From: Priapulus caudatus
Lineage: Eukaryota
Reading direction: 5' to 3'
DNA length: 62,247 nt
Assembly (NCBI RefSeq): GCF_000485595.1
Contig: NW_014577074.1
Location: forward strand, 1,309,420-1,371,666
Under the pieces are notes generated by a model, which saw nothing but the letters and a program-made list of their open reading frames with translations, was not told the DNA's origin and did no database searches. Below are positions 13,230 through 26,639 of this stretch, in pieces; positions within the stretch are counted from its first letter, which is position 1; each line of letters starts with the position of its first letter. The position numbers were made by a program, and so were the translations under genes.

Positions 13230-15109
13230 GACTAGAGCTAGGTAGGAACAAGCAGGTGGGGGCTGAGATAAGGTAAATTATTTGTCGAAGTGGTTCTAAC
13301 TGCGCTACTGACTATGCCATGTTCGGTAATGACTAGCTAATTGGCTTCCAGCTTAAGGACCCTCTGCTTTATTCTCTGGTGGAACTCTCGGCGTGCGTAC
13401 CCAACTGTTCGTAACTCGCATTCGTGGCTGCCAGTGGCGCCGCTTGCGACTGATTCCGCACCTAATTCTTAGCTGTCTTTCGCGCCGTAGCCAGAGAGTC
13501 TGTTTTTTGTTCTGCAATTATTTGTAAACCTCTCTTAGGGCAGGTCTTCTAATTATATAAAACCCACATTACATCCTAGCGGCTTAAGCATTTATACGTT
13601 AATTAAGAATTAATGTCCGTGAATGGGAAAATAGCATAAAAACCTGGCAGAAGCAATTTGTTAGGATGCATGGCAGCTGGCGCCCTTGTGCTCTAACGAA
13701 ATTGCAGTTCTTTCGCAGACATATAGGCGGCGGCAGCGGTGTCTTATTCACCTGGGATTTAGAACACGGCCACTTGCTGCTACATGACGGTTATCGACTC
13801 TTAACCTACCTACTCTCCTCCTCTATTTAGCTACCGACCTCCTTTATCGACTCTCGCCTACAGCAACACTTTTCTTCGCTTATCGGTTCATTGGACGTAG
13901 CGTGTGCACTTGACGGTTGATTGGGCCGGCAGCAACATTCCGGTCCGTTTCCCGCGCTCTCTCCTTCCTTCCCGTCTCCATCTTTTCTCCGACTCGCTAT
14001 TCGTCTCGATGGCAACGAGCGTTCTCCTGTTGCCGCCCGAAGCTGCCACTGGGCGAACTTCTCCTCCCTCACCCCCCCCCATCCCTTCCCCCTCCCCTCT
14101 CCTCCTCTTCCCATCCACCTCACGGTCCTTCTCCCCCTTCACCCTCCCCTTTATCCCTCCCCCACTCCTCCCCTCCAAGTTCCACTTTCCCATCCACCTC
14201 CCCCGTCCTTCTTCCCTCTCCTTTATGCCTTCTCCCTCCACCTTTCCCTCCCCCTCCATCTTTCCCTTCCCCCTCCATCTTTCCCTTCCCCTCCACCTCC
14301 CCCTTCCCCTCCATCTTCCCTCTCCCTCATCCTCCGCGGATACCGGCAACTTTTTGGATGAGGAGATGGTGTACGGATTCGAGAGGTTGTCTTCTTTGTG
14401 TGTGAGGGGGGTTGGGGTGCGCGCCCCTCGTTAGAGCTCGATCTCTCATGCACCGCTCAGAGAAAAATAGCGCAATTATGCAGTAAAAATTGCAGTCGGA
14501 AATAATAACGACAGGTCTCCCGTGGTGCTTGGGCGCGTGCTTGTATCTGTGCACGCACGCGGCGTCTATTTTTGCTAGATAAACACGTAGGCCTGCGATT
14601 AAAATTCGGTATCCCGCTGCCTAATTGGGTATCAGGTAGACTGTAGTGCTGACAAGCTGCCGTTGCACGCGTAGCGGCTACTGGGCACTGCCGCCGCGTT
14701 GAGAGACACTCCGTGCCAGATGGCGTGAGAGCTGATATTAATTATTATCGTACTGCTGATACCTGCCTATATACTACATTCTGCTGTAATATTTTGTAAT
14801 ACGAGTCCGGAATAGATCAACGATAGCTAATGGTAAACTCGGGTTGCTTCCGCTCGCGTGTGCCGTCACGTTCGCGGGTGGGCGTGTGTGCGTTTGACTG
14901 CGCGTGACAGCTAGTGCGTGCGTGTGAAACCCGATGCGGTAGAGATTATGTGTTATTGTACATTGCGGATTGTAAACTCGTGTTAGCTAATGTCTTTCTC
15001 CATTCGCCTCGACCATCCGCGGTCTCTGCAGTGCGCTATATACTACTGGAATATTCTGCGATTCCGCGATAGATCAATCACAGCTACCGATAAGAGAGCC
15101 GATCGAGAG

Positions 15110-15330
<221 letters not shown>

Positions 15331-16099
15331 GAGCATTATGTTTTGCCAACAGCAATTAACAGCGCTATAAAAGCTCGTGAGGGAAGCTGGCGTCTCTCTC
15401 TCTCTCTCTCTCTCTCGTCCCGCCACAACCTGCGCGTTGAAAGCCGCGTCAGACGAGCGGCGCCATCTAGCTACCGCCCGCGGTCGCTTTTTTCCCAACC
15501 CCCACCGCCGCCGCCGCGTACATCTGTCGAGCCCCGCACAGTTGCCGAGGAAGAAGATGGAGCGGGCGAGATGGACCGGCCATCTGTCGTTGCTTCTCCC
15601 CCTTGCCTGCCACCGCACTGCGGGCGCGTGCCGACGCAGTATAAGCGGCGGGAGGTGGGCGCAATATATTGCCGCCGCGTGCTAGCACACCGACTGTGGC
15701 GAAGACAGAGAGAGGAGGACGCCGGATGGGGATCGAGGCCGGCACGGGTCCCGCGCCCGTGATTGACTCGTGGGGCAACCGACGGCACGAAAAAAAATGT
15801 GCGTGTGATATCTAGGAGAGCGTGGGACTCCGGATGCCAGGCAGTGATCCAGTTAGGATCAATCAGTTATGATCGACAACTTGACGGCATTAGGTTTATA
15901 GATAGCGCTGGTTTTCAACTAACCACCCGTATTGGGTTTCGTACTGGAGGACTGTTATATATGCTCGGACGTGAACCGTGGAGTCGGGGGGTTTGCTGTC
16001 ACGTTTGCTATATGTATGAGCACTGTACTGTTATGTTAGGTGGTAGCTCAAATCAGGAGTACATAATGGGCGGGGTGTAGCGTATTCCTGATCGCACTT

Positions 16100-16420
16100 G
16101 CATCATAGTACCTCACAGTTTATCATATTTGAATCACAGCATCTCACACTTGGTCCTGTTTCGAGCTGGGTACCTCACGCTTGTTCACATTCTGTATAGC
16201 ATTATGTTGATCACGTTTGTATTGCAGTAGTGAGTAGGCTACCGCACACTTGGTCACGTCTGTATCGTGGTACCTAACAGTTGATCTCCTTTGCAGCTGG
16301 GCACCTCACACTTGATCAATGATCACATTCATATCTTGGCACCTCACAGTTGATCACATTTCTGTGATGTAACCCGGGACCCGTTGTCAGAACATCATGA
16401 ATAGTTATCACTTCATAAGT
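16100..16420 (+). promoter_or_regulatory. Degenerate tandem repeat forming a YCAY cluster (candidate Nova-binding element)
   Basis: Repeats of ~GTACCTCACAGTTGATCACATT. About 17 TCAC/TCAT motifs counted in ~320 nt upstream of the KH2 exon. Confidence 0.45.
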
Positions 16421-16531
16421 ATAAAATAGCTTTTACAGTGCAAAAGTTAAATAACATTTAAGACCTATGATTATCATTACTGATACTGATCTTTCTGACA
16501 ACGGCACTTTGCACCTTAATATGTTTTACAG

Positions 16532-16717
16532 GTGAAGGTGCTAGTCCCAAACAGCACAGCGGGTATGATTATTGGCAAGGGAGGCGCATATATCAAGCAG
16601 ATAAAAGAGGAGAGTGGTGCCTTCATACAGATATCCCAGAAGGCCAAGGACCAGCAGTTGACGGAACGGTGCATTACGATCATTGGCGAGAAGGAACAAA
16701 ACCAAAAAGCAGTTCAG
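16532..16717 (+). CDS. Nova: Nova/pasilla, KH2 exon
   Basis: ttttacag acceptor, phase 0-0, 186 nt: VKVLVPNSTAGMIIGKGGAYIKQIKEESGAFIQISQK...ERCITIIGEKEQNQKAVQ (KH GXXG loop). CAG|gtacag donor. Confidence 0.96.
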
Positions 16718-18529
16718 GTACAGTATGATGATCACACACGGCAGAGTTTATAAGAAAGGTAGTTGTACCTTGACCATATATGGCTTCACCAGAGGGTCGT
16801 AAAGAGTTGGCTATGCCGCGTTTGAAGCATCGTCCTCAGACAGTCGGCGCACTGGAAGGACGATGACCTCCTTGTTTTTACGGCTTATGTAAAACGCATG
16901 TAAAAAGCAGTATTTCTGGTGGTGTTGCTTCAACGTGGCGTGGCGTTCATTTGCCGTATGCGTACCGCCGCCGACAAAGCACCTCCACTGGTGCAATATC
17001 AATGAGGAATGCTTCCTCAGTACTCTGCCATGCCGGCAGGACACACATGTATATATATATATATATATAGTCATATGTGTCTGATTAGTGTGTTGATAAA
17101 ACACAAGAGCGAGCACAGCAGAAGACCTGAGGCTAATGAATATCATGGCTAAACTCCTACCGAAAACAAGGTCCAAAAAAGAATGCGTACCGCCGAGCAG
17201 CCTGCAGCCAGCTGTACTAGCAGCAGAGAGTCGTATCAGCGACCAAGCCCTCTCTGCATCAGTGTAACGGCGATGAAGCCCTTGACAAAGCTAGGGCAGT
17301 GCGTGACCTCGCGTGGCAAATGCACAGTTAATGGCTCCACGTTCCCGATTACGAATAAAAGGATGAAATAGATTTCACCTAGGGAGACGCTCACTCGCTG
17401 TGAATGGACACAACGTACTTGTTGTGTACAGCTGTTAAACGTTACCTACTGTTCCCCTAACGTATTCCAATCACGCAGACTATTATGTGTTGAGCTGCGC
17501 TTATGAGCTGCTTTGCGTCACAATGTCATGATGCATCGCAGCGTCAGGGGAAGAAAACTAGGGGGCGTTCTCTGTTGTGACAGTTCCGAACATAAGAAGT
17601 CGTAAACCTGTCAACAAAGCTGGAAAAACCCGAGGCATGTATAATGTAGGCTGCTGACTGCTCACCATAATGTGACAGGTTGCCCCACGTGATCGTAGTT
17701 CTATGGCGACATGAGAGCATCACTGCTAACGTTCTGTAGTTTGACGAAGAAAAAAACAGTCGTGTAGTTTTCAAACTGGCACACGTTACTGTTTCAATTG
17801 CTAGTATTGAACTTCATTGAGTCAGGAGTAAAACCTCAGGAGGGGGAAATTATTGTCAATATTATTATGTCTAAATCACTGTTATCACGTTTGGCGAATG
17901 TTATTTGCGATTGTTTTATCATTATTGACTTAACTGGAATTTAAAAGTAGAACCCCGTTCTACCCCGTTCTGCAAATGTGTACAAATATACAATAGTGTA
18001 ATATGAAGGATTTTTACTGAAGAAGACTAAATGTTCACAGAGTGACCCCATTTGTTGAATAAACGCGTCCATCTATATTACCATCACATATCGCATGTGC
18101 AAACACACTGAACATTTGCATGCTCAATACCACCATCAGTAATTCATTAAAATTAGCAACTATTGTCAATATACTTACTCCGTTATAAAGTGTGTACGGG
18201 AGAAATTCGATTTCCAATGTAAATATAATAATTGTATTCCTTCATAACTTACAAGTAAGGAAGCGAATCAGCATCTAACGTAAATAGGAACAACATGCTG
18301 TCTAAGATAGTTGTGGCTCGTTCGTAATGTTATGCTCGTGAAATAATATATTAAAATGGTATGTATGCTTGTAATATATTACAATAATATGTATGATTGT
18401 GAATCTGTCACTTGTCTCAGTGAAGACGTCTCTGTCTCTGAGTTACGTGTAAATGAATGAATCCGTATCTCATCCTCATGCTGACCCCCTGTGGTAAGCC
18501 ACGTGTGTGTATCCAAATAAATCTCGTTT

Positions 18530-18662
18530 CATCGGGTCCCTGCCTTTGTGAGCCATTTTCCGGATGTGATAGTAAGTCCCCGTCCCTGCCTCTATGAGTC
18601 ATCTCCCGTAGCCGACAATAAGTCCCCGTCCCTGCCTCTGTGAGTCATCTCCCGTAGCCGAC
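18530..18662 (+). repeat. 46-bp minisatellite, left remnant (~3 units)
   Basis: AGTCCCCGTCCCTGCCTCTGTGAGTCATCTCCCGTAGCCGACA(G/A)TA, period 46 (18575 to 18621). Confidence 0.9.
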
Positions 18663-18666
18663 AAAG

Positions 18667-19916
18667 TGCGCATGCCAATACGCTAATTGTCTCCAGTAGC
18701 TAGAACTATGCAAATACTTCGTTTCATGCATATACATACCTTATGGCAAAATAAACTGCTAGTTCCTCATATTACTGCGCGTTGGCTTAAAAGCCCAAAG
18801 AATAGGTGCGAATCTGTAATCTGGCGCCAACGCCGACTTTTTTGCCACACCAATTTTAGCCTCGAAGCGGTTAGGGAGGTCACATGTTTTATCTTGCCTG
18901 ACCCAGTACGCTGTACCGCAGCACCGCCTGCAGGTTGCTTGGGAGAGCAACGCGCTAAACTGTCACAACATCGGAGGTATATTTCAATGCCTTTGTTATC
19001 AGACACGCGCAGTGACAATGGAGAGACTTAGAGTTTATTTGTGCATAAGGTACGTGTGATTCTGACAGTGACACGAAGTATTGCTTAGTCTGGGTACTGG
19101 AGAAATTAGGTGTCATGCGCCTAGTTGCGCTTTAACTTAATCTTGCGCCTTAACATTTTCAAACGCATTATTTACAGAAACGATACGAGCATACGCAGGT
19201 AGAACGAGTTTAGGTGAAGAAATCGTGTGAGATTTAACGCATACAAACACACAACAGACGACGAGCAAGATTATTGAAAGATGATAATGCTAATGCTGGC
19301 CACAGCGGTGATGTGGATAATGCCAGACACAGACAAATTGATCGACACATGTGACAATGAGGCTCTTCTTATTTGCAACAGCTGAAGTGAGTTGCTCGTT
19401 CAATGTTGCTTACACGTGTAATGATACAGCTTGCGCGCAGAACGCTTTTAGTTAAGCGGCATTAGCGTCGGTACTCCCTGGTCAGATTTAGACCCGAACT
19501 TCGGCGAACGTAGCTTGAGCCTATGACCCACCACTTTGGCAAGTCAGCGCCGCACTCACTAAATTTCGATTCTCGCGCGCTAACGAAAGGGGGGAGGAGA
19601 GCTGGAGCCGAAGATGCACATGCCCAGCCAGCCCGCGTGTTGCGAGTACTAAACTATGATCGTTACTGATGAGAAAGCACGTAGCATGACTGAAGAGCGC
19701 CGCGAAACGATTGGGTCGGTGAGGTGAGCGACGTGTGACATGCGGTCGTGGGCGTGCGCCTACTGCAGCGACAGACAGCCATTCCCGACACGTCGCCGTG
19801 GTGGCGGCGCGTCGCACGCTCATGGACAGGCTCTAAGCTCAGCTTTCACTATGTATGTATAATATACTACATCATAATCACCCTGGTTACGCGCGACGGC
19901 GCGCTTAAATTTCGTC

Positions 19917-19949
<33 letters not shown>

Positions 19950-20904
19950 TCTCTTCCTTCTCCTCTCTCTCTCTCTCTCTTCGTCACCCTGCTTCTCTCT
20001 CTCTCTATCGTCAGCTCGCGTGTTAGTGAATGTGAAGCTGTGGCGGATTACGCTGTCAGCCGCTCTCTCCGCTCCACCCACTTCGTCTTCTCCTTCTCGT
20101 CTGCTCTCTCTCTCTCTTCCTTCTCTCTCTTCTCTTCTCCTCTCCTCTCTCCTGCTCTCTCTCTCTCTCCTCTCTTCTGCTCTCCTCTCTCACTCTCTCC
20201 TCTCTGCTCTGTCTGTCTGTGCTTCTGTTCTTGCTGTCTGTCTGTCTGTGCTCTGCCTATCGTCCTCTTTCTCTCCCATCTCTCTCCTCTCTCTCATTCT
20301 CTCTCGTCTCCTCTCTCTCTCCTCCTCTCTCCTCTTTCATCTCTCAGTTGTCTTTCTTATTTCTCTCTGTGTGTGACGTTCGCTCGCTCGCGCTCCCCTA
20401 AATACAAGCGTATTCATATCACAGGAACAGACTCACAGAAAGGCAGAGACGCGCAATTACATTGAGTGTGCCATGAAGTTGGGGGTGAGAGAGTGGAGCG
20501 CGCTGATACAGGCTAATAGAAGCTACACTGCAAGTAAGTTTAATACGCAGCGCGTTCGGATTTTAATTGATAGCACACATGCAGAGTTGGTGACGTGAGT
20601 AAGACGTCATTCGGTTACAATCAGCGTGGCGCCGGGTAAGTTAACGTTACGGCCTAACTGCAACAACAGGCATGCAGATCGCGACAGTTAGTTTAACAGT
20701 GTGCGATATAAGCAAAACCTCGTTCCATATCGGGCAGTGTGAAAAAACTCTATATGAGATTTGTGCAGTAAGCCTCGATAAAGTCACGCCACAGCACATA
20801 TTGATGTTGATGATCGTATGTACACCACACAGCACGCACACGCGCTGCGCGCGCACACACGCATGCGCACAACGCGCACGCACGCACGCACGCACGCACA
20901 ACAA
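18667..20904 (-). repeat. Inverted duplicate of ~31760-33892 (probable assembly artefact)
   Basis: Reverse complement aligns by eye with many 1-2 bp indels, e.g. TGCGCATGCCAATACGCTAATT vs AATTAGCGTTTGGATGCGCA. Confidence 0.9.
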
Positions 20905-20929
20905 NNNNNNNNNNNNNNNNNNNNNNNNN
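20905..20929. other. 25-N gap inside the inverted duplicate
   Basis: Exactly 25 N, standing in place of ~29370-31760 of the forward copy. Confidence 1.
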
Positions 20930-23800
20930 ACGTGACCAGAGAAGACATGACAAGTGGTGAATAATTTTCCTCAGCAAAATGTTAAAGCAAACGTTCCTTA
21001 TTTATTCTCCCCAAAAAAATGAATATATGCAGAATTGATCGCGCAGGGGGGCCGAGTGTCACCCCGGCGCATAGCGCAACAAGAAACATGAAGCAGCAAA
21101 AAGACTAAAAAAATCTCCGAGCGTCTGCGGCGTGATATAACACACGACCTACACCTTCGCGTATCAACGCCATACCCATAATAACAGAAACAACTGAGAT
21201 GCGAGCTCCACTTCAATTGTTTTTTGGTCCGCCACATACTTTCTATAAGATATATATTATTCGTACAGGATATTACGCAAAACTTATGACCCGTGTCACG
21301 GGGCGCTCGTTTTGGAGAACAGTGGATAAACTATCACCGGCTGAAGCTTGAATGATATAGTCAATTACACAAAAACGCCAGAATGGGGTTTCATGGGACT
21401 CGGGTTGACGTTTTTTTACGGGAGTTGGGCTCTCAGTCATTTCTGCAGCAACGTCCATAAATATAATCAATAGCTATAAATACTAGAGTGTACAACGGGA
21501 AACGGGAAAATAGTGCTATTCACGCAATATTATTCTACTTTGTGTGCGGTTCTAGACTGAGTCTCATATCTTGGCCTAGGAGTACCGTAGAGACAAGCGG
21601 TGGTCTTATTTTTGAGAGCAAAGAATGCAATCCCATAAAATTATTCTAGCTCGCAGGCCAAAGTAGAATAATACTTGCCGTGAATCGCACTATTTTCCCG
21701 TTGTTACATGCACTCTGGGTATTTATTAGCTTCTGATGTATATGTAGGCACACACATACACTTTAGTTAAATATGAGAATGAGTGAAAAGGGTTAGGGTG
21801 CAAAAGTTCGCATGGTGTAAGACATTATAATGATTACCATGACGACAAGAATCCTCTGGTGAGAATTTACAGGAGGTGAAGAGGAAAATTCACGTGAACA
21901 AAAATATCAAAGTATAATCTGGATCACAGTAAAACACCAATGCTTTAAAATGTCAGGTACTAAGAACCACCTTAGTAATCACATACGCTACATGCTACAG
22001 ATATGCTATCAACTCGAAAGACTCTTGAATAAACTCACGGAAATTACTATCTACCACATACTGCCTAGCCGAGCTTCTATGTGGGCCACAAGAAGTCTGC
22101 TTGTCCACTCCAGGAACCTGCCGTGTGCCGTGGACAGTCCAAGATGAATCCGCACGTCCATGCTAACTTTCCACACCGATATTTTCCGAAATTATAGATG
22201 CACACTTTTTTCTCTCGTATAAACCTAAAAGCACTATGGACGAAATTTCGCCCCTTGCATTGCCTACCCGGACGGGCGGTCACGGACAACAATAGTAACG
22301 CGAAAACACTTCTCATATTATTACAAGTCATATACAATGACAAAGTCATCTGTCGTCGTACGTGTATACATATGTGTGTGTGTGCGTGTATACGTATGTG
22401 CGTGTGTGTCGTGGCGCGCGCGTCACGTGTGTATTTGTGTGTATTGGTGTGTGTGTGCGCGTGTATACGTGTGTATGTTTTGTGTATTGGTGGGTGTGTG
22501 TGTGTGTTTTGTGTATATATTGATGTGCTTATACGTGCGCGTAGTGCACTGTTCACGGGTCTTGCACCCGAGACCGCGCGTCTCGTGGCCTGTTACAGGT
22601 GGCGGCGTCGCTAGCGGCTGCTCGTCCCATGCTGTTCTGCCGCATGCGCTGCTCTCCTCTGCGTGATCTTCTGCTGCATCAGATACTGCGCCATCTGTAT
22701 CTGCGTCGCCGTGCCGACGAATCGACACGAGCCGGTTGTGCGTGCCCGGCGCGAAGATGCCTTCTTGCTGATCTGTATGCTTGGCGCCGCTGTAGTTCTG
22801 GATATACTGGACTCTCGATCCAGCGTGTGCGGCCGCCGGCCCGGACTCCGGATCGCGCCGACGATGTTGTCGTTGATCTCCACCTCGACCTTCAGACGGG
22901 TCCTTCTCGCGGACTCTTGCTCGCCGCCGCCGCCGCTGGACACGCCGTTGAACGACGTCGGGCTGCCCATCATGTTGGAAGCCGAGCGACTGGCTCTTGT
23001 AGTCGTGCCGAACGACGCCGCCGCGTCGCTGATTCGGCATCCGTACTGCCCTCACCGGCCGCGCCGCGACCCGGGCTCAAGGGGGCGTGCTGCTCCGACT
23101 GGCCCGTATCCTTTTCCGGCCGCCGCCGCCGCCGCCGCCGCGACCGAACGAGGTGCTCACGCAGGGAGTTGGCGTTGTATTGCCGAAGAGGTTCGCGTTG
23201 CTGAGGGAGGCGAGGAGGTGGAGTGGCGCACCGGCGGCGGCGCGAGCGCCTGCAGGCCGTTGAGGGCTGATCCGCGAGCAGGCCGTAGTTGGCGAGCGTG
23301 TTTCATCGCGACCGTGATCTCGGCCGTCGCCTGCTCCGTGAAGCGCTGCCGCGCAGCGTCGCCTGATCTTGCCCTCGAACATCTGCCGTTGCCTGCCTCC
23401 GCGCCGCTGCCGCGGCTGCTCCGGCCTCCGAGCGCGCGACGCCGGGCCGGGAGGCTCGGCCGCCTCCGCCGCGATGCCGGCGCCCCCCCGTTCATGCTGG
23501 CTCGTCATCACTCATTTGCCGCTCCGCCTCCGCCGCCGCAAGGCCTCCGCCAGCATGTTGGCCACTGTCGTCTGCCCGGCTGGCCTGCTGGATCGCGTAC
23601 GGCGAGCCCGTCGGGTTGGACGTCTGGCGAAGGGGCCGGAGAAGTCGGCGTACGTGACGTTGGACAGCTCGCCTGCGGGATCGGTCGCGCGATACTTACC
23701 GACGATAATCGTGCAACAGCGAAGCGACGACAAAACATTTACTCGCACAGCGCGCAGTACGATCGATCGCCGCGTCAGGGACAGGAACGAACTCTACTGT
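20930..23800 (-). repeat. Inverted duplicate of ~26530-29369 (Nova last exon and 3' flank)
   Basis: Reverse complement match throughout, with dense small indels. Confidence 0.92.
22611..23709 (-). pseudogene. Frameshifted inverted copy of the Nova terminal exon (likely raw long-read sequence rather than a true pseudogene)
   Basis: Fragments MMGSPTSFNGVSSGGGG, KVEVEINDNIVGAI, QIQMAQYLMQQKITQ and NVTYADFSGP appear in different minus-strand frames. Confidence 0.8.
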
Positions 23801-25373
23801 GGCTACGGGAGATGAATCACAGATGGCCATGGACGGGAACTTACTGTCGCTTACTGGGGATCTGACTCACAGAGGCAGGGAGGGGACTTACTGTCGGCTA
23901 GGAAGATGAATCCCAGAGGCATGGAGCGGGGACTTACTTGTCGGCCTACGGAGATGACTCACAGAGGCAGCCGGAGGGGACTTACTGTCACCTACGGGAG
24001 ATGACTCATAGAGAGGCAGGACGGGGACTGTACCTCTCGGCTACGCGGAGATGAACTCATAGAGCAGGACGGGGGACTTACTGTCGGTACTCGGGAGATG
24101 ACTCATAGAGGCAGGCGCGGGGACTTCACCTTGGATACGGGAGATGACTCATAGAGGCAGGGACGGGGACTTTACTCTCGGCTACGGGAGATGACTCACA
24201 GAGGCAGGCGCGGGGACTTTACTGTTCGGCTTACGGGAGATTGATCACAGAGGCGGGACGGGAATTTATTGTCGGCTACGGGAGATGACTCACAGAGGCA
24301 GGTGACGGGGACTTACTGTCGTCTTACGGGAGATGACTCTACGCAGAGGCAGGACGGGTGATTAAAACTGCGTCTTACGGAGATGACTCATAGAGGCATG
24401 AACGGGCGACTTACGTGTGCGCTACGGGAGATACTCACAGAGGCGAGGGACGCGGACTTACTGTCGGGCTACGGGAGATGACTCACATCAGAGGCAGGGA
24501 CGGCGGACTATACTGTTCGCTACGAAGAGATGACCATTGAGAGGCATGGAACGAGGACTTACTGTCGGCCTACGGGAGATGAACTCACAGATGCATGGAG
24601 CCGGGACTTACTGTCGGCTACGGGAGATGATCACAGAGGCATGTGACGGAGACTTTACTGTCGGCTTCGGGAGATGGACTCACAGAGGCAGGGACGGGCG
24701 ACTTTATTGTCGGCTACGGCGGAGAGTGACTGCACAGAGGCAGGGACGGACTTACTGTCAGGCCTCGGGAAGATGAATCACAGATGTTGAGGGACGGTGG
24801 ACTTAAATGTGGCTACGTGAGCATGACTCACAGGCAGCGGACGTGGACTTTATGTAGGCTACGAGAGATGATCACAGAGGCATGGATCGGAACTTACTTG
24901 TAGGCTCGGGAGATGACTCACATGAGAGGGACGGCGGATTGTACTGTCGGCTACGAGCAGTAGATGACTCATAGAGGCAGCGGACGGGGACTTAATGTCG
25001 GCTACGGGAGATGACTCACAAGAGCAGGGACGGGGACTGTCTACTGTCGGCTACTGGGAGGATGACTCAATAGGGCAGGGACGGGGACTTCGTCGCGCTT
25101 ACGAGAGATGACTCACAGAAGGCATGGGACGGGGAACTTAATGTCGGCTACCCGAGAGATGCTCATCAGAGGCATGGACGGGGACTTATGTGGTAGCTGA
25201 GAGATGGACTCATAGAGGCAGGGACGGGGACTTACTGTCGGCTACGAGAGCATACTCAACAGAGGCATGGACGGCGGACTTAATGTCGGCTACGAGAGAG
25301 ACTCACAGAGCGAATGACGGGGACTTATTCGGCTACGAGAGATGAACTGCATAGAGGCAGGGACGCGGGTTAC
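23800..25373 (-). repeat. 46-bp minisatellite array (~34 units), each with ATGACTCA
   Basis: Unit GACTCACAGAGGCAGGGACGGGGACTTACTGTCGGCTACGGGAGAT repeated head-to-tail without spacers. The units are noisy with indels. Confidence 0.95.
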
Positions 25374-26429
25374 CATAGTGCGGCTTTAAGTGACTCGTTA
25401 ACGGTGGTTACGTGTAATCGAAACTTAGATAGGTGCCTATATAGTCCATAGGTGGCTATATTTTAAGTCATATAAATACTCAACTAATTAAATTTTAGTT
25501 TATTATTATGACGAACGTGTTGGTTTTGCTTTACAATCACAAGCCATATCTCAATTTCGTTGAAGTATATCGGTGTTTTTTTCCTTGAGGGATGGCGTTA
25601 AGAAATGGTGACGAGGATGGACCCCATACCGCTTTAACATCCATCTTCCAAAAGATGAGAATGAAATTGTCAGCACATCGATGGATGAAGAATGGTGAAA
25701 GGTTAGTCTTCGTAGAGATGATCTCGCATCTATGATTTACCCAACAGTTATTCGTTAGCAATGATGGCGTATACACACGTAGACACACATTCATTTAATC
25801 TCTATTTTTGGCGCTTCTATACTCTCTTTCCAAGTTGTTCTACATTGCATGTTCCCGCGTGTGGGTAGACATGCCACATGATAGTCGGATAACAAAGTTT
25901 CGATATATATGGCTGTCTAGATTGCTGAATACACCCACTAAACAGAAGTGGTGAGCATCGGTTTAACCAACGCATTCTTCCACGGTTTGGTGCTGACGGT
26001 GTATGTATTTGAAGCGTGGTTGAATGAATAACTCATGTGTGAATGGCGTGTGCATGGCTTGTGAGGTGATTTATGAGGCCCCATCATTAGACGCACTTAC
26101 ACGCATGATACGAAAACGTCGTTTCAAGTGTCGGATTCTGAATGTGTGCGTTGTAACGTCACTAGGTTTATTCAAACCCGTAATTTATTATCGGTCATAG
26201 CGTATGTTCTAGTTCAAATTTCTCTCTATGTTTTAGCGCATGAGTCGTGGTTTGGTGTAGTGCAGGAAGGAAGATTGTTAGTAAACTAAGGAGGCAAAAG
26301 CTGATCCGCAAAAATTCAAAGATACTAGGGGAATAGAGCAGGAGAGGGTGGAGACGGAGGGAGAGAGAACTAGAAAGGAGAGAAGGGTTGAAGAGAATAA
26401 GTAGGTCGAGAAAAACAGGAACGAAGAGA
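25374..26429 (+). repeat. Direct duplicate of ~33891-34966 (probable assembly artefact)
   Basis: CATAG.GCGGCTTTAAGTGACTCGTTAACGG...GGAACGAAGAG matches 33891-34966 with indels. Confidence 0.92.
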
Positions 26430-26430
26430 T

Positions 26431-26560
26431 GCCTCTGTGATTCATCTTCCGTAGCCGACAGTAAGTCCCCCTCCCTGCCTCTGTGAGTCATCTCCCGTAG
26501 CCGACAGTAAGTTCCCGTCCATGCCTCTGTGATTCATCTCCCGTAGCCGACAGTAAGTTC
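26431..26560 (+). repeat. 46-bp minisatellite, right remnant (~3 units), ~80 nt upstream of the Nova terminal exon acceptor
   Basis: Same unit and orientation as 18530-18662. Confidence 0.9.
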
Positions 26561-26639
26561 CTGTTCCTGTCCCTGACGCGGCGATCGATCGTACTGCGCG
26601 CGTGCGAGTAATAGTTTGTCGTCGGCTTCGTCGTTGCAG

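Noticed and set aside
13827..14434. Pro/Ser-rich and Gly/Glu-rich ORFs
   Set aside because: They come from a C/T-rich low-complexity tract in a Nova intron, with no splice or homology support.
22423..23865. Long ORFs (400, 210, 201 aa) as a second Nova paralogue or antisense gene
   Set aside because: They are GC-rich alternative frames of an indel-ridden inverted copy of the Nova exon. Flanking non-coding DNA is duplicated too, consistent with artefact.
23800..25373. CRISPR-like appearance of the regular repeat array
   Set aside because: Units are head-to-tail with no unique spacers, there are no cas genes, and the context is a eukaryotic intron. It is a minisatellite.
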